Assembly (NCBI GenBank): GCA_964609675.1
Contig: CAZSRX010000008.1
Location: 28,618 to 92,617 of the forward strand
Direction of reading: 5' to 3'
From: an uncultured Bacteroidota bacterium
GTDB taxonomy: Bacteria > CLD3 > SB21 > JBBIRG01
DNA length: 64,000 nt
The notes below the pieces were generated by a model. The model was not told the origin of the DNA. It made no database searches and worked only from the letters and a program-made list of their open reading frames with translations. This document shows positions 50,801-58,139 of the stretch, piece by piece; within the stretch, counting starts at the first letter, position 1, and the number at the start of each line of letters is the position of its first letter. Made by a program: the position numbers and the translations under genes.

Positions 50801-53800
50801 GCGCAGATACAGATAATTGTAATCGGTGCCTCCGCTTAATGTAAACGTGTTATTAGCGCCGCGCATGACCAACGAACTGTCGATTGTCAGACCGCGCGCG
50901 GCCTGGCTGAGAGCGACCGTAATGTTGCCGGTTACGACGGTATGGGTCTCGATAAACTTATTACTGACGCCGGCAAATTCCAGATTGTGGAACACGGTAC
51001 CATTGGGATACATGTATTGATTACCGTTCGAACCGTTCAGCAGGACAGTGCCTTCACGCGCCACAAACGTGCCGCCATTACTGAACCAGACACTATTACC
51101 GGTTGTGGGGGTCCCGCCGTAACCGCTTAGTGTAATGCCCAGGTTTTCCGGACCCACATCCAGATAGCCGCCGACATTAAGTTGTAAAGTGTGCGTAACA
51201 TTGATGCTTGATTTCAGCGTATCACTGCCGTTGATGACCAGATTGTAAAAATCCGTTTCTCCGGTGCCGCGGATGGTTTTTCCGGTACCATTGCGGTAAA
51301 CGGAACGCGTACGCGGTATAAAAGTGGCCACCGAATCGCCGCCTTCATCCCATTTTTCCCAATTTCCGTAGCTATAAATATCGTAACTGCTAACGTCAAA
51401 CGAGCCGTTAATCAGTTTGACATCCCCCCGGACATCGATATCGCCGCCCAGCGTGGCCGTTCCGGTCTTCTGAATGACTAAATTATAAAAACGTCGGCTG
51501 GCATTGGTATTGGTGTTAATATTCTGACTGGATTGGCCGTTAAAGTTTACAGTCAATTTATTATTATGGGATACAATCCCAATGGTATTGGCATAATTGC
51601 CCTGTATATATAATGTATCATTGCCGGCAGTGCTGTTGGCGACTAGATTGCCGGCGGCAGAATCCACATTAAAATCAGTCAATACGCGTAAAACGCCTCT
51701 GTTTGCGCCGGATCCAAGCACTAATGAATCTTTAAGGCTTATATTATACGCAATAGCCGTGGGAACATCAATAATCGGCGCGCGGTTACCGCCCGGAATG
51801 ACGACCCGGCGTGTGGCGTCCGGAACACCGTTGCTCCAGTTGAGCGCGTTCGTCCATAACTGATCGCTGCCGGCTCCCGTATTATGCAGCCAGCGCGTAA
51901 GAATCGTAGTATAGTACCAGTTTATCCGGTTAAACGGATCCCCTTCATATGCGGAATCCGCAAAAATACCCAACGGATCGGTAAGGATAATCGTACCCTG
52001 ATCTTGGGACTTCCTTATGTTTAAAGTTCCCGTTCCTGAATTTTTCGGGAAGTTAACGCCTTTGATATCATAGATGCCCGTCAGAGACTGGTTGTTATCG
52101 ATCCGCAGCAGACAGGAACCCGCCGTAGCCGATCCGTTTGTAAACGTACAATAGCTGAAGTTGTTGAGTGTGTCAATTTCAGCGCCGTTCTGCACCCAGA
52201 CGCCGTCGGTGTCCATATACTCAAACTGCGCGTATTTGGCGGCAATCTTGGCGCCATTTTCAATATTAAACTTATATGAAGGAGTGCCGGTCGTGCTTTG
52301 ACGGGTAATCACCGCCTCGGAACCGGGCCTACCGACCACTTTCAATTGACCGCCGGTCAGTCGTAACGCTGAGTTGTTATTCGCATCCGCATAAAGCTGG
52401 ATTGAAGAATTGTCTCCAACATCCAGTAAACCGCCGGAAATAAGTAAAGTATCCTGAGTCCCGGTACCGCCGTCATTACCGACTTTCAGATCATGCCCGG
52501 TAGCCGCGGCACTGTCGTAAACTTTTACAGTTCCGTCATATAACCGGAAATTATTTGCAACGGTAAGATCGGTTTTTAAAGTATAATAGGATCCGGGAGC
52601 GTTAACGATCAGTGAGTTAAACAAATTATAGGTGCCGTCGATTGGCGTCATCTGGATGGTACGGTCGGTTAAGCCGGAGCCATTGATGGTCACCGTCCTA
52701 TTACGGGGCAGGAATTGGCCGTCATCTTTTACGATAAAAGAGCCTCCGACGACTAAATCATAGGAATTAATATCGAACGTTCCGCTGTCTCTGTAAACAT
52801 CGAAATAGCCTTTTTCTATAGTAATATTATTTGCAACCCTCAGATTACCAAAAGAAGGATTATAGCTAATAGCCGGCGGAGTATAGACGCGCACCCAGCC
52901 ATTGGGGTTGGATATTTTATTTATCTTTAAATTATAAAAATAATTGCTGATGCCGCCGTTGAAGATATACTGCATCCAGCGGGTACCGGTCAGTTCAACC
53001 GTACTTCCGGAACTGGCCTGGAAAGCGCCGTAATTCAGCCAGTGCCCGCCTACGTAAATCGTGGTGTTCGTAGGCAGATTAAGCGTTACGCCCGATTCGA
53101 TAAGCACATCATAGTTAACATCCATATTGGCGGTCAGATTTTTTGTTCCGGACCCGGCAAAGCGGACCACATAAAAATCATTCGCGCCTGCGCCGCTTAT
53201 GGTCTGGCCGGCGCCTATAAAATGGATTGTATCGGCGTTCGGCGTGAACGTGGCATTGTTAATCCAGTCACCTACAAGGAAAACATCCCGATACTGGTTA
53301 ACCGCATAATTCGCCTGGACGATGCCGCTTATAATATTAAAGTTACCACTGATGTATAAATCGTATTGATTGATGGTCGACAGTTTCTGGTCCGCTTTAC
53401 GGACGATTAAGTTATTAAATTGGAGACCAGGTTGGGTAGCGCCTTGTCCGGTATATCCGCTGTAAATGGCCTGGGTCGCGCTTCCGACAAGGACAACGGC
53501 GCCTGTACCTGCAGTAAAACGCCCGGTGCCAAGCCGGTTATCAAAATTACCCCCAACTTTGAGATAGTCGTTACTGATGTCCAGGGTAACACTATCTTGA
53601 AATACCAGGTTGCCGGCCACATGAAGCGAATCGGAATTGGTATTGTCAACCGTAATAGTCCGGGGAGTTGTATATAATAAAGTGAGATTGTAAAAGTCAT
53701 TATCCCCGGTACCTATAATCGTTTGATTACCGTTTTCGCCAAGAGTAACCGTCGAATTATTAAAATCGAAAGTCGTACCCGCGTCTCTTCGCCAGGTTCC

Positions 53801-55795
53801 GTTTACACGCATTGCATAATTATTATTAGAGGTGCTGAAGGTACCGGCCTGATGATAAAAATTGCTGTCGATATAGATGGCGCCATATAATTGGGCGACG
53901 CCGCCGGTTTTATTAACTGTAACATTGTAAAACTGCTTACCGGCTCCTTGTCCGCCGGTACGTATCTGCTGATCCTGGTCGCCGGCAAAAATCACCGTAT
54001 TGTTCCCGTGCTCAAAAATACCGGTGCTCCAGTTGGTCCAGTATCCCTGTATGGTGAGATTATATCCCTGGGTTCTCAGCGTAACGCCGGCGTTGATTTG
54101 AAAATCGCCATAGATACCCGGAATAGAAGACCCGATGGTTTTAAAGGTACCGTTGCCGCCGGTGATCAGATTGCCGTAGTTAATACTTCCCTTGATGGTT
54201 TGATCAAGGGTGCCGTCATATTGAACGGTGCTGTTTGTACCCAGGGTAATATTAGCTACAGGAAAATCAGGGAAGTTATTGGCGCCGCGGACATACAGGA
54301 TAACTCCGTCGTTAATTTCTAGCATGCGGGTCCCGCTGCCGACCGCTTCAACCTGATTCGTCCTGAGGTTAACATAGGTTACGCCCGAGAAAGCTCTGAA
54401 GGTGCCCAGAACTTTCATGGATACACCATAAGTGTTAACCAGGTCTTTACCCTGGGTACCATCGAAGAACACGTCGTTAAACTGGGACTGGGCTGTGCTT
54501 CCCGGGTTAATAGTATCTAAACCGGTAATGTAGATCGTCTGATAGGCAGGCGCTACAAAGTGAATGGGATTGCTAAATTGTGAGAATCGGATGGCGCCGC
54601 CTACGGTGCCGTTATCCTGAACGTTAAGGGCGGTGTGTCCGGTGGTTTGATTCTGCCCGATATACAGTTCGCAGGCCGCGCCTTCAAGGTCAAAGATGGT
54701 CTCCGGGCCTACGGTTACGGTAAACTGTGTATTGATAATTTCACCGTCTAGCACATACTTATGATACCGTTGTCCGGCCGTTTGCCGGCCTAAATATAAT
54801 CCGTAGTAGTAGATGGGGTCCCCATCGGCATCCATAGAACGCACAATCTGGTGAGAATTAGCGTCATAATACGTATACCCGTTTTCAAAGCGGATGCGTT
54901 CGAACCCGTCCGGAAACATGTCCTGCGTGGCGTTACCGTTGCCATTGACGCGCCGTATCACCAGGCCGCCGTAACAGGTAAGCGCGTTATCGGCTCCGTC
55001 GCCGCGGATCTTGCCGCCGCGCCCGTTAAAGACCGCAAAGCGGTCGAGCAGATAGAAAGTGTTGCCGCTTTGTATCACCATGGAATCAGCCACCGAGATC
55101 GAATCATGCAAATATTTTACGTTTCCGGTGGCGACCAGCGTACCGAATCGGAAGACGCCCGACGGGCTTACGCCGGCCCCGCGGCTGTCATATATTGTCT
55201 GAGCGCCGGAGCCGTTAAGCGTAAATACTGAGTTAAGGCCGGAGAAGATGCCCTGATTATCCCAGACTCCCCCGCCAAAAAAGATATTACTGCCATTTGC
55301 GGCGAAAGTCACGTTGGTATTAATTGTCAGGTTGCCTTCAATGGTGATGGCTGTATCGAGCGACTTGGTAGTGCCTCCGCCAGTCATGGTTACATTATAT
55401 AACGTTCCGGTGCCTTTTAAGCCGATGGCCTGGTTGCCACTCCCGTTAAAATTGACTGTGCTGCCCGAATAGGAATTAATAACCCCAAGGCCTGTTATAT
55501 CGGCGGCGATTAAGAAATTACCGGCAACATTGAGAGTGCCGTAAAGGTTGAGCGTGCCGGCAACCCGGACATTCCCAGAACCGCCGCCGGATTGGGAAAC
55601 CGTCAGGGTTCCGGTGCTGATATTCAGCGTGTTACCCACGGCAACGGTCACCGCTCCGCAGGAATCCGTAGATGAGGTAATGTTTACGGTTGCATTATTA
55701 TCAATAACGACACTGTCCCACGGGGTCGGTACGCCGGCTGGGCTCCAGTTAGCCGCAGTAGACCACAAAGAACCGCTACCGCCGACCCAGGTTTT
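41876..55795 (-). repeat. Five protein-level super-repeats inside the giant gene, starting near aa 123, 1422, 2596, 3378 and 3811
   Basis: N-cap W/F codons at nt ~55789, 51892, 48370, 46024, 44725; each unit ends in a TR...A(K/R)(Y/H)..FEYM...FP...DA.G.F.G...W.(Y/F) module. Repeats are diverged at the DNA level. Confidence 0.8.
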
Positions 55796-56155
55796 TAGCG
55801 TAAGCGCCTCTGTAAATCCGCCGCCCTTGCCGTTTCGGACATCGGTTTTTACCGGCCGGAATTTATAATCCGGATGAACTTCCTCGGGTAATGGATTGCC
55901 GGTGACATATCCCTTTAACCGGCGTGATTCACTTACTTGAATCAGTTCATCGGTCTTCAGCCTATCGTCTTTAGTAAGGTCGACGGGAATGCCGGGGCCT
56001 GTAGCGTCTTTCCCGGACGGTACGTTTTTAATTGTATCCGAATACAAGATTTCCCGGGGGTTTTCCTCCGCAAATGCTTTTCTCGCTTTGGTCTGGGTAT
56101 AGCCGGTTGCAGCCAGTACAGACACCATTACCACGGTAACAAGTAAGCGTTTCAT
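41876..56155 (-). CDS. Giant (4759 aa) secreted beta-helical repeat protein with an LPVEL-type Ig domain and C-terminal T9SS-type sorting domain; probable adhesin or surface filament
   Basis: Uninterrupted 14.3 kb ORF; signal peptide; G/N/T-rich V.GNW.N.G.F...V.F.G..Q.I...FYN repeats; five W.G...W...NW...G(V/L)P caps; LPVELAYF; SQNYPNPFNPNT...GVYIYRI...KMMVIK; GGAG RBS. Confidence 0.88.
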   Translation of the reverse strand: MKRLLVTVVMVSVLAATGYTQTKARKAFAEENPREILYSDTIKNVPSGKDATGPGIPVDLTKDDRLKTDELIQVSESRRLKGYVTGNPLPEEVHPDYKFRPVKTDVRNGKGGGFTEALTLKTWVGGSGSLWSTAANWSPAGVPTPWDSVVIDNNATVNITSSTDSCGAVTVAVGNTLNISTGTLTVSQSGGGSGNVRVAGTLNLYGTLNVAGNFLIAADITGLGVINSYSGSTVNFNGSGNQAIGLKGTGTLYNVTMTGGGTTKSLDTAITIEGNLTINTNVTFAANGSNIFFGGGVWDNQGIFSGLNSVFTLNGSGAQTIYDSRGAGVSPSGVFRFGTLVATGNVKYLHDSISVADSMVIQSGNTFYLLDRFAVFNGRGGKIRGDGADNALTCYGGLVIRRVNGNGNATQDMFPDGFERIRFENGYTYYDANSHQIVRSMDADGDPIYYYGLYLGRQTAGQRYHKYVLDGEIINTQFTVTVGPETIFDLEGAACELYIGQNQTTGHTALNVQDNGTVGGAIRFSQFSNPIHFVAPAYQTIYITGLDTINPGSTAQSQFNDVFFDGTQGKDLVNTYGVSMKVLGTFRAFSGVTYVNLRTNQVEAVGSGTRMLEINDGVILYVRGANNFPDFPVANITLGTNSTVQYDGTLDQTIKGSINYGNLITGGNGTFKTIGSSIPGIYGDFQINAGVTLRTQGYNLTIQGYWTNWSTGIFEHGNNTVIFAGDQDQQIRTGGQGAGKQFYNVTVNKTGGVAQLYGAIYIDSNFYHQAGTFSTSNNNYAMRVNGTWRRDAGTTFDFNNSTVTLGENGNQTIIGTGDNDFYNLTLLYTTPRTITVDNTNSDSLHVAGNLVFQDSVTLDISNDYLKVGGNFDNRLGTGRFTAGTGAVVLVGSATQAIYSGYTGQGATQPGLQFNNLIVRKADQKLSTINQYDLYISGNFNIISGIVQANYAVNQYRDVFLVGDWINNATFTPNADTIHFIGAGQTISGAGANDFYVVRFAGSGTKNLTANMDVNYDVLIESGVTLNLPTNTTIYVGGHWLNYGAFQASSGSTVELTGTRWMQYIFNGGISNYFYNLKINKISNPNGWVRVYTPPAISYNPSFGNLRVANNITIEKGYFDVYRDSGTFDINSYDLVVGGSFIVKDDGQFLPRNRTVTINGSGLTDRTIQMTPIDGTYNLFNSLIVNAPGSYYTLKTDLTVANNFRLYDGTVKVYDSAAATGHDLKVGNDGGTGTQDTLLISGGLLDVGDNSSIQLYADANNNSALRLTGGQLKVVGRPGSEAVITRQSTTGTPSYKFNIENGAKIAAKYAQFEYMDTDGVWVQNGAEIDTLNNFSYCTFTNGSATAGSCLLRIDNNQSLTGIYDIKGVNFPKNSGTGTLNIRKSQDQGTIILTDPLGIFADSAYEGDPFNRINWYYTTILTRWLHNTGAGSDQLWTNALNWSNGVPDATRRVVIPGGNRAPIIDVPTAIAYNISLKDSLVLGSGANRGVLRVLTDFNVDSAAGNLVANSTAGNDTLYIQGNYANTIGIVSHNNKLTVNFNGQSSQNINTNTNASRRFYNLVIQKTGTATLGGDIDVRGDVKLINGSFDVSSYDIYSYGNWEKWDEGGDSVATFIPRTRSVYRNGTGKTIRGTGETDFYNLVINGSDTLKSSINVTHTLQLNVGGYLDVGPENLGITLSGYGGTPTTGNSVWFSNGGTFVAREGTVLLNGSNGNQYMYPNGTVFHNLEFAGVSNKFIETHTVVTGNITVALSQAARGLTIDSSLVMRGANNTFTLSGGTDYNYLYLRGTNSFPDSVENANFSSGSIVIYDRPAVGDSIQTVKTYLPNGNQINYSNLYLRYGYKTLDSNLKVTGTLYVYNNTTLRMYNPSNRYFNINVGNNLQFNDGANARIDVGSQPSTITLDRNDGTGTGIYLYAGAPKQTFWNLNFTGSGARTVYYDSFDVRGNITVNAGVAYLNLQNFRINGLGGSNTLDLGANCGLYIRNTTGSDSNSFPAGFETITLAASSTVYFDRGNQVIPAVTASGSKIQYGNIYFYGNGAVVTKTLDGDLNCRGNLTIEANTTLDVSTNNYTINCGGYWYNTTASGVFQPRSGRVIIDGSGIQYLYSGNLSNGKAFNKLYLRGNDVRITQRLDVNDSLAIESGNFSLGGQAVYVGGNWYQAPSTTVTTGTGSVTFNRNGPQYISATGRDDFYDLVLSGSGAKYFMTKIDVNRHLTINAGDSLIVNSGDSLFVGGNWTNNGVFIHNNNTVIADGTVNATFTTNMNSINQALTNGFYNFVLNKPNQNDVLLGQTNSDLYVGGNLIIIAGSLDVNTLGFNTVYCYGDWDNRGGTFIARGDTVYLRGKGSRTLRTGYTGIGGNYIFNHLQIDSAGTYTLTGYQMDVRGVFNINRGTIRSNGYDIYYSTTGTDSVNIAEGGVLAIETGSTFYVYQNSRVNVGLYGTAGTLTVIGDSANPAIITRRTGAGTYALTIGPNGTIGARYYKIERTNANGVWVQAGGTIQTYPYNFSDGNFAYPMGVAGATALRIDSLTTSMTRANNNAIWNANFSVNPGGGANNVTFGDATDTLQFVDATGVFSGDTYDNPTSTGIIEWIFSDSISTWNGTYSTNWFNPYNWTPAGVPDGNRRVVIAASAVNHCYTDTNNTPGVAYCKDLTIEAGTRQLMIMDDTLVVHGDITINGTLTVMSGQSLIQVKGNWSNPGTFNPGGGRVRFDSTGIQTLVSGGTATNKRFSTLEVGRNSILAITTNAVQINDTLFIDSFGTLDNVSNVALYVGKKWDNDNGGYYKHGTSTTYFNGTAAAFIYGRDSSDFYNVVFENSGAKTFMTNVDIRGGITIQLSSGVVDGNGKTIQLSGNWDNYATFTPNLSTVIFNGAGQNIYGGGTGGNNPTTFSGLRFEGTGTKTLFTNINIDSGLFDVKRNFDLNVYTVNSLSEADSFQLDAGMNIYLRGYDNFPKNFEYINMNPTSVTQYIRDSVQLIETKLSDGSHFYYGNLLISKQSSGPVYWKRINGDLQARGYIQISTAAMAGEVILDVSTENHNITCGGNFLNYGLLLSDTNEVNNTLTFNGSANQNFYPEGTGKGKRYFNIIISNTGTAPTNYVYLQGLSDLIIRNNLNINEGNFSANGTRDITVQGNWNATSGTFTPSTSTVILTGATKTIRSNGSSFENIRITGSYSLTDAATFNGNMTVLYGSLDLNGQVLNLGNAATDYFVVDSNATLEVDAGAQLKIFGNSAFTVQNGAVFRAVGVSGNVATVTRNNAANYYGFTMSNGTKIHAKYAKFEYMNTYGIYINSATIDTGNNFSYCTFDNGMAEGKMLYLKNNTDTLVIRDVNFPTVPTGQSYNVAKEGAAGHITMQDATGAFEGADYELDAGDRVDWVYTTNTRQWTGKTNTNWHNPGNWSPKSVPTRDNNVIINSSSSNMPTITADTALAKTLQISQKTLTLNGRNLIVTDYLTIDGTGTITVTNSTDTIFVGGNWTNSSNFNHGNGVVIFNGNSGQTFVTGGTGSGKQFYNIVVNKSGGSLVMGANDLQVNNDLRILQGTFNNNGRTTTINGEFYNAGTFTDAGSGEIRLSSNNNKNLTSNGSSFNNLRIDKTSTGSITLQDNLTVVGNLNIASGTLYSNKKTIEFGDGADNLTVSGTLDLNKGSNLRMYAAAAGNTALTVNSGGRINIIGTPDSNVTVTRRTGGTSYYGFTVSSGGTIAAKHALFEYMNTNGVSITTNGTNSGIDATYDFDSTTFTNGQADGSLLKLDGNFTTGDIWMTGVTFPTNAGGVSKNVTRTNATSGDSLIMYDASGAFEGEAYSSGAYLDWRYSTTTYTFDGGPSGTGRSWKVAENWNPNGLPDDATKNALIPSGFTNVQYDTNLTCNNITIRDGATVNVNATKRMRLVGSLLITGTSSSLTLTTGTDTMFVAKSITIGAGATLTANNNKIVCGENWTTTGTFNYGTGNIIFNGTGLQTINTGGTSKPFYNVRIDKPSGTIRLASSLQLRGLLNIVNGIFDLSSSDIEVYGSWYNNGGTFIPNGRTVSFVGNINSSIETNGTTYYRLVVNKNSGNYLQLNSNNNIVTNEFTVSSGGFRTNNRHLTIGGNVTLTASVTMQAGDSLILNGSTASNYDDGNNSIANLVINKTGATVTSTGDSKVINHFIVRDGTFDLSGRNFDYGDAATDSIRVYSGDLLVSGGGNLKMTNGTKVNIYGGSLSILGTSDAIRARLTRLISGNYSINVYDNGTLVMGYGTIEDCNNFNVSGLLQAQAAKVSRFGDGTVININNNGIFRAIGTDTTYANRANIGSVSGNYRMVVASGGTLDVKNAGFFNLGGSGQYGITLQSGALIESTQKMDNTFFLSGTGNAYISMASDQFVSPSGVRFDSAATNRMLYNVSNTSGNGRISFVNYKGTMSGVRYEQDNGDPSYGRVRWSFNETQNVGTSANVIFGNDFRIKTLGNALGSTTVRLISDTLNVAVAAVMRYYTVQSANTVSNDTIRLYYGRDELNNNNKNQLHIWRRSAGVWAMIDTMPGVTMLRDTTELWVQAANYPFRAGILDTLVICDAVNDASLPVELAYFRARSENGKVTLEWRTESELNNAYWLVFKKEISEEEYDKLNKGLITIEQLYSTFASAGQLKGAGTKPSATDYIFEDTEVKSGARYAYRIADVSYDGKINVHDAEYVLVDLPKSFRLSQNYPNPFNPNTTIEYDLPVAAQVTIKIYNILGQEVQTLVNKKMEPGFHKVRWNGLSNRNTAVASGVYIYRITAKALEGKQRFTKTHKMMVIK

Positions 56156-56266
56156 TAAATATCTCTCCGTTTTTATATTAGTTCTTATTATTTCCTAACT
56201 TTAAAGTGTAAAAATAACACTTGTTTGTACATACCCCTGCCATTGATGGTCAATAAAACGTACATT

Positions 56267-56293
56267 ATTATAATATTTTTTTTAAAAAGTCAA
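56267..56293 (-). promoter_or_regulatory. Candidate promoter of the giant gene, near-consensus hexamers with a short spacer
   Basis: Minus strand TTGACT (56293-56288) - 15 nt - TATAAT (56272-56267); ATTGA-N3-TCAAT palindrome at 56242-56254 lies downstream. Confidence 0.35.
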
Positions 56294-56398
56294 TAATTTA
56301 TTTTTTTTCTACTTAAGATGGCCGATACGGTTCCTTTATTACATTTTCTTGGTAAAATTGATTATTATGCTAATTTACTTAGGCCTTTTTTGCAATAT

Positions 56399-57922
56399 TC
56401 AGGTTTCGGGATTGCCACTCTGGCTTTTATACGACTCTTTTATCAACCCGTCCAGGACCCGCTTAGGGTCTTCCAGCACCGCTTCGTCAACGTGAAAGTG
56501 GTTTTTCCTGGCCAGCTTTAGGCCAAACTCATAATCCTTGAGCAGTTCAGAAAGCAATTGAATTACTGTTTGGTTGCTTTTTTCCGAAAGCAAATGAAGC
56601 CGGTTAATGGCGGATTCAGAAAATTCTATGACAATACCGTGCTGATTCAGAAAACGGGCCTGGAATTCTTTAATATCCGTTTTCGTCAGAAGGCTTTTCA
56701 ATTCTTTTACGGGATTTTCAACCATCGCCTGGGTGACCTTTAACCGCTTTACCGAGGTCGAAGGCAGTTTTTTTTCGTATTTGATTAACACATTTTCAAG
56801 GATATTTACCAGACCGCGCGCGCCGGTTTGTTGTTCAAACGCCCGTTCGGCAAGGAGACGCAGGGCATCGTCGTCGAAATCAATTTCGATACCATAGGCC
56901 GCAAAGTCCCGCTTTTTGCTCAGGATAACGCTGCTGTTAGGGTTTTTAAGGATGTGATACAGCGCCTCCACGGAAAGCTCATTGAGTACGGTCATAACCG
57001 GCAGACGGCCGACAAATTCCGACTCAAAACCGTATTCAATCAAATCTTCGGTACGGACTTGTTTAAGCAGGTCGGTTTTGTTTAGGGCGGCCTGGTGACT
57101 TCCCGAGGCGCTAAAACCGATGCGACTGTGGCTGATGCGTTTGCGGATGATGTCTTCCAGTCCGCCGAAGGCCCCGCTCATGACGAAGAGGATGTTCTTG
57201 GTGTTGACTTTTTTTCGTACCACCTTGCCCGTTCGCTGGGCTTCCATGGCGGCTTCCATCTGGGAGGCCATGTCGTGGGGTACGCGAAGATCCACTTCGG
57301 ATTCTTCCATCAGCTTAAGCAGGTTGCGCTGGACGCCGGTGCGCGACACGTCGATGCCGCGGAAATTAGTGGCCGAGGCGATTTTGTCGATTTCGTCCAG
57401 GTACACGATGCCGTATTCCGCGCGTCGGATGTCGCCGTCGGCCTCGCGGACAAGGTCGCGGATCAGGTCTTCCACGTCGCCCCCCACGTAGCCGGTCTCG
57501 CTGAACTTGGTCGCATCGCCCTTGACAAACGGAACCCCGATCTTTTTGGCAATCAGCCGGATCATGTAGGTTTTGCCGACTCCCGTGGGTCCAATCATCA
57601 GAATGTTGCTCTTGATGTTGCCCACCAGCTTCTGCTCCTCGGTCAGCGCATCTTCCAGCTTCATGCGGTTGTAATGGGTGGCGATTTTTGTGGCAATAAC
57701 TTCAATCGATTCGTCCTGGCACTCCACGTACTGCTTCAGGTACGCCTCCAACTCGTCCGGTTTCAGGTTAAACTGCTCGGCCGTCTGATCGTCCCGGGAC
57801 GGAGAGCCGGCCTTGCTGCCCAGCGTATCCTGTTCGGCATCCTGCTGGCCGTATTTGCCCTTGAGAAATTCTTCAAATTCTTTGCGAAACCTTTCCGCAT
57901 TGCTTTGCGAGGAAATATTCAT
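56399..57922 (-). CDS. ClpX-like AAA+ unfoldase lacking the N-terminal C4 zinc finger, with a C-terminal extension
   Basis: KSNILMIGPTGVGKT, DATKFSETGYVGGDVE, IVYLDEIDKI, DVSRTGVQRNLLK, RIGFS (IGF loop), EFVGRLP, GARGL; no Cys-rich N-domain. Confidence 0.85.
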   Translation of the reverse strand: MNISSQSNAERFRKEFEEFLKGKYGQQDAEQDTLGSKAGSPSRDDQTAEQFNLKPDELEAYLKQYVECQDESIEVIATKIATHYNRMKLEDALTEEQKLVGNIKSNILMIGPTGVGKTYMIRLIAKKIGVPFVKGDATKFSETGYVGGDVEDLIRDLVREADGDIRRAEYGIVYLDEIDKIASATNFRGIDVSRTGVQRNLLKLMEESEVDLRVPHDMASQMEAAMEAQRTGKVVRKKVNTKNILFVMSGAFGGLEDIIRKRISHSRIGFSASGSHQAALNKTDLLKQVRTEDLIEYGFESEFVGRLPVMTVLNELSVEALYHILKNPNSSVILSKKRDFAAYGIEIDFDDDALRLLAERAFEQQTGARGLVNILENVLIKYEKKLPSTSVKRLKVTQAMVENPVKELKSLLTKTDIKEFQARFLNQHGIVIEFSESAINRLHLLSEKSNQTVIQLLSELLKDYEFGLKLARKNHFHVDEAVLEDPKRVLDGLIKESYKSQSGNPET

Positions 57923-57955
57923 TGTGCGGCTTTTCTGTTTTTTTAAAAATTTTGC

Positions 57956-58000
57956 GATAGTAAATCATATAATTTTACTATCACCAAACAAGAAAATCAA
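57956..58000 (-). promoter_or_regulatory. Promoter of the clpX-like gene overlapped by a perfect 9-N9-9 inverted repeat
   Basis: Minus strand TTGATT (58000-57995) - 17 nt - TAAAAT (57977-57972); GATAGTAAA (57956-57964) / TTTACTATC (57974-57982). Confidence 0.55.
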
Positions 58001-58042
58001 GAATAAACTTACGCATCCAACCATAAGGCAACACATAGGGTA

Positions 58043-58104
58043 GTCATACTCAACTATGACAAATGTCATTTTTTCTTGATAAATTGTTCCGTTTATCGTA
58101 TGTT
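58043..58104 (+). promoter_or_regulatory. Candidate Crp/Fnr-type operator(s) and promoter of the regulator gene
   Basis: GTCATA-N6-TATGAC (58043-58060) overlapping ATGAC-N4-GTCAT (58056-58069); TTGATA (58076-58081) - 17 nt - TATGTT (58099-58104). Confidence 0.5.
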
Positions 58105-58139
58105 CCGTGAAATCAAAACCACAGGATGAATCGCTGACA

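Noticed and set aside
41876-56155. Giant protein as a type V autotransporter, RTX protein or two-partner secretion passenger
   Set aside because: No C-terminal beta-barrel, no GGxGxD nonapeptides and no N-terminal TPS (NPNG) domain; it ends in a FlgD-Ig-type sorting tail.
57956-57982. CIRCE element
   Set aside because: Spacing matches, but the half-site GATAGTAAA does not match TTAGCACTC; kept only as an unknown operator candidate.
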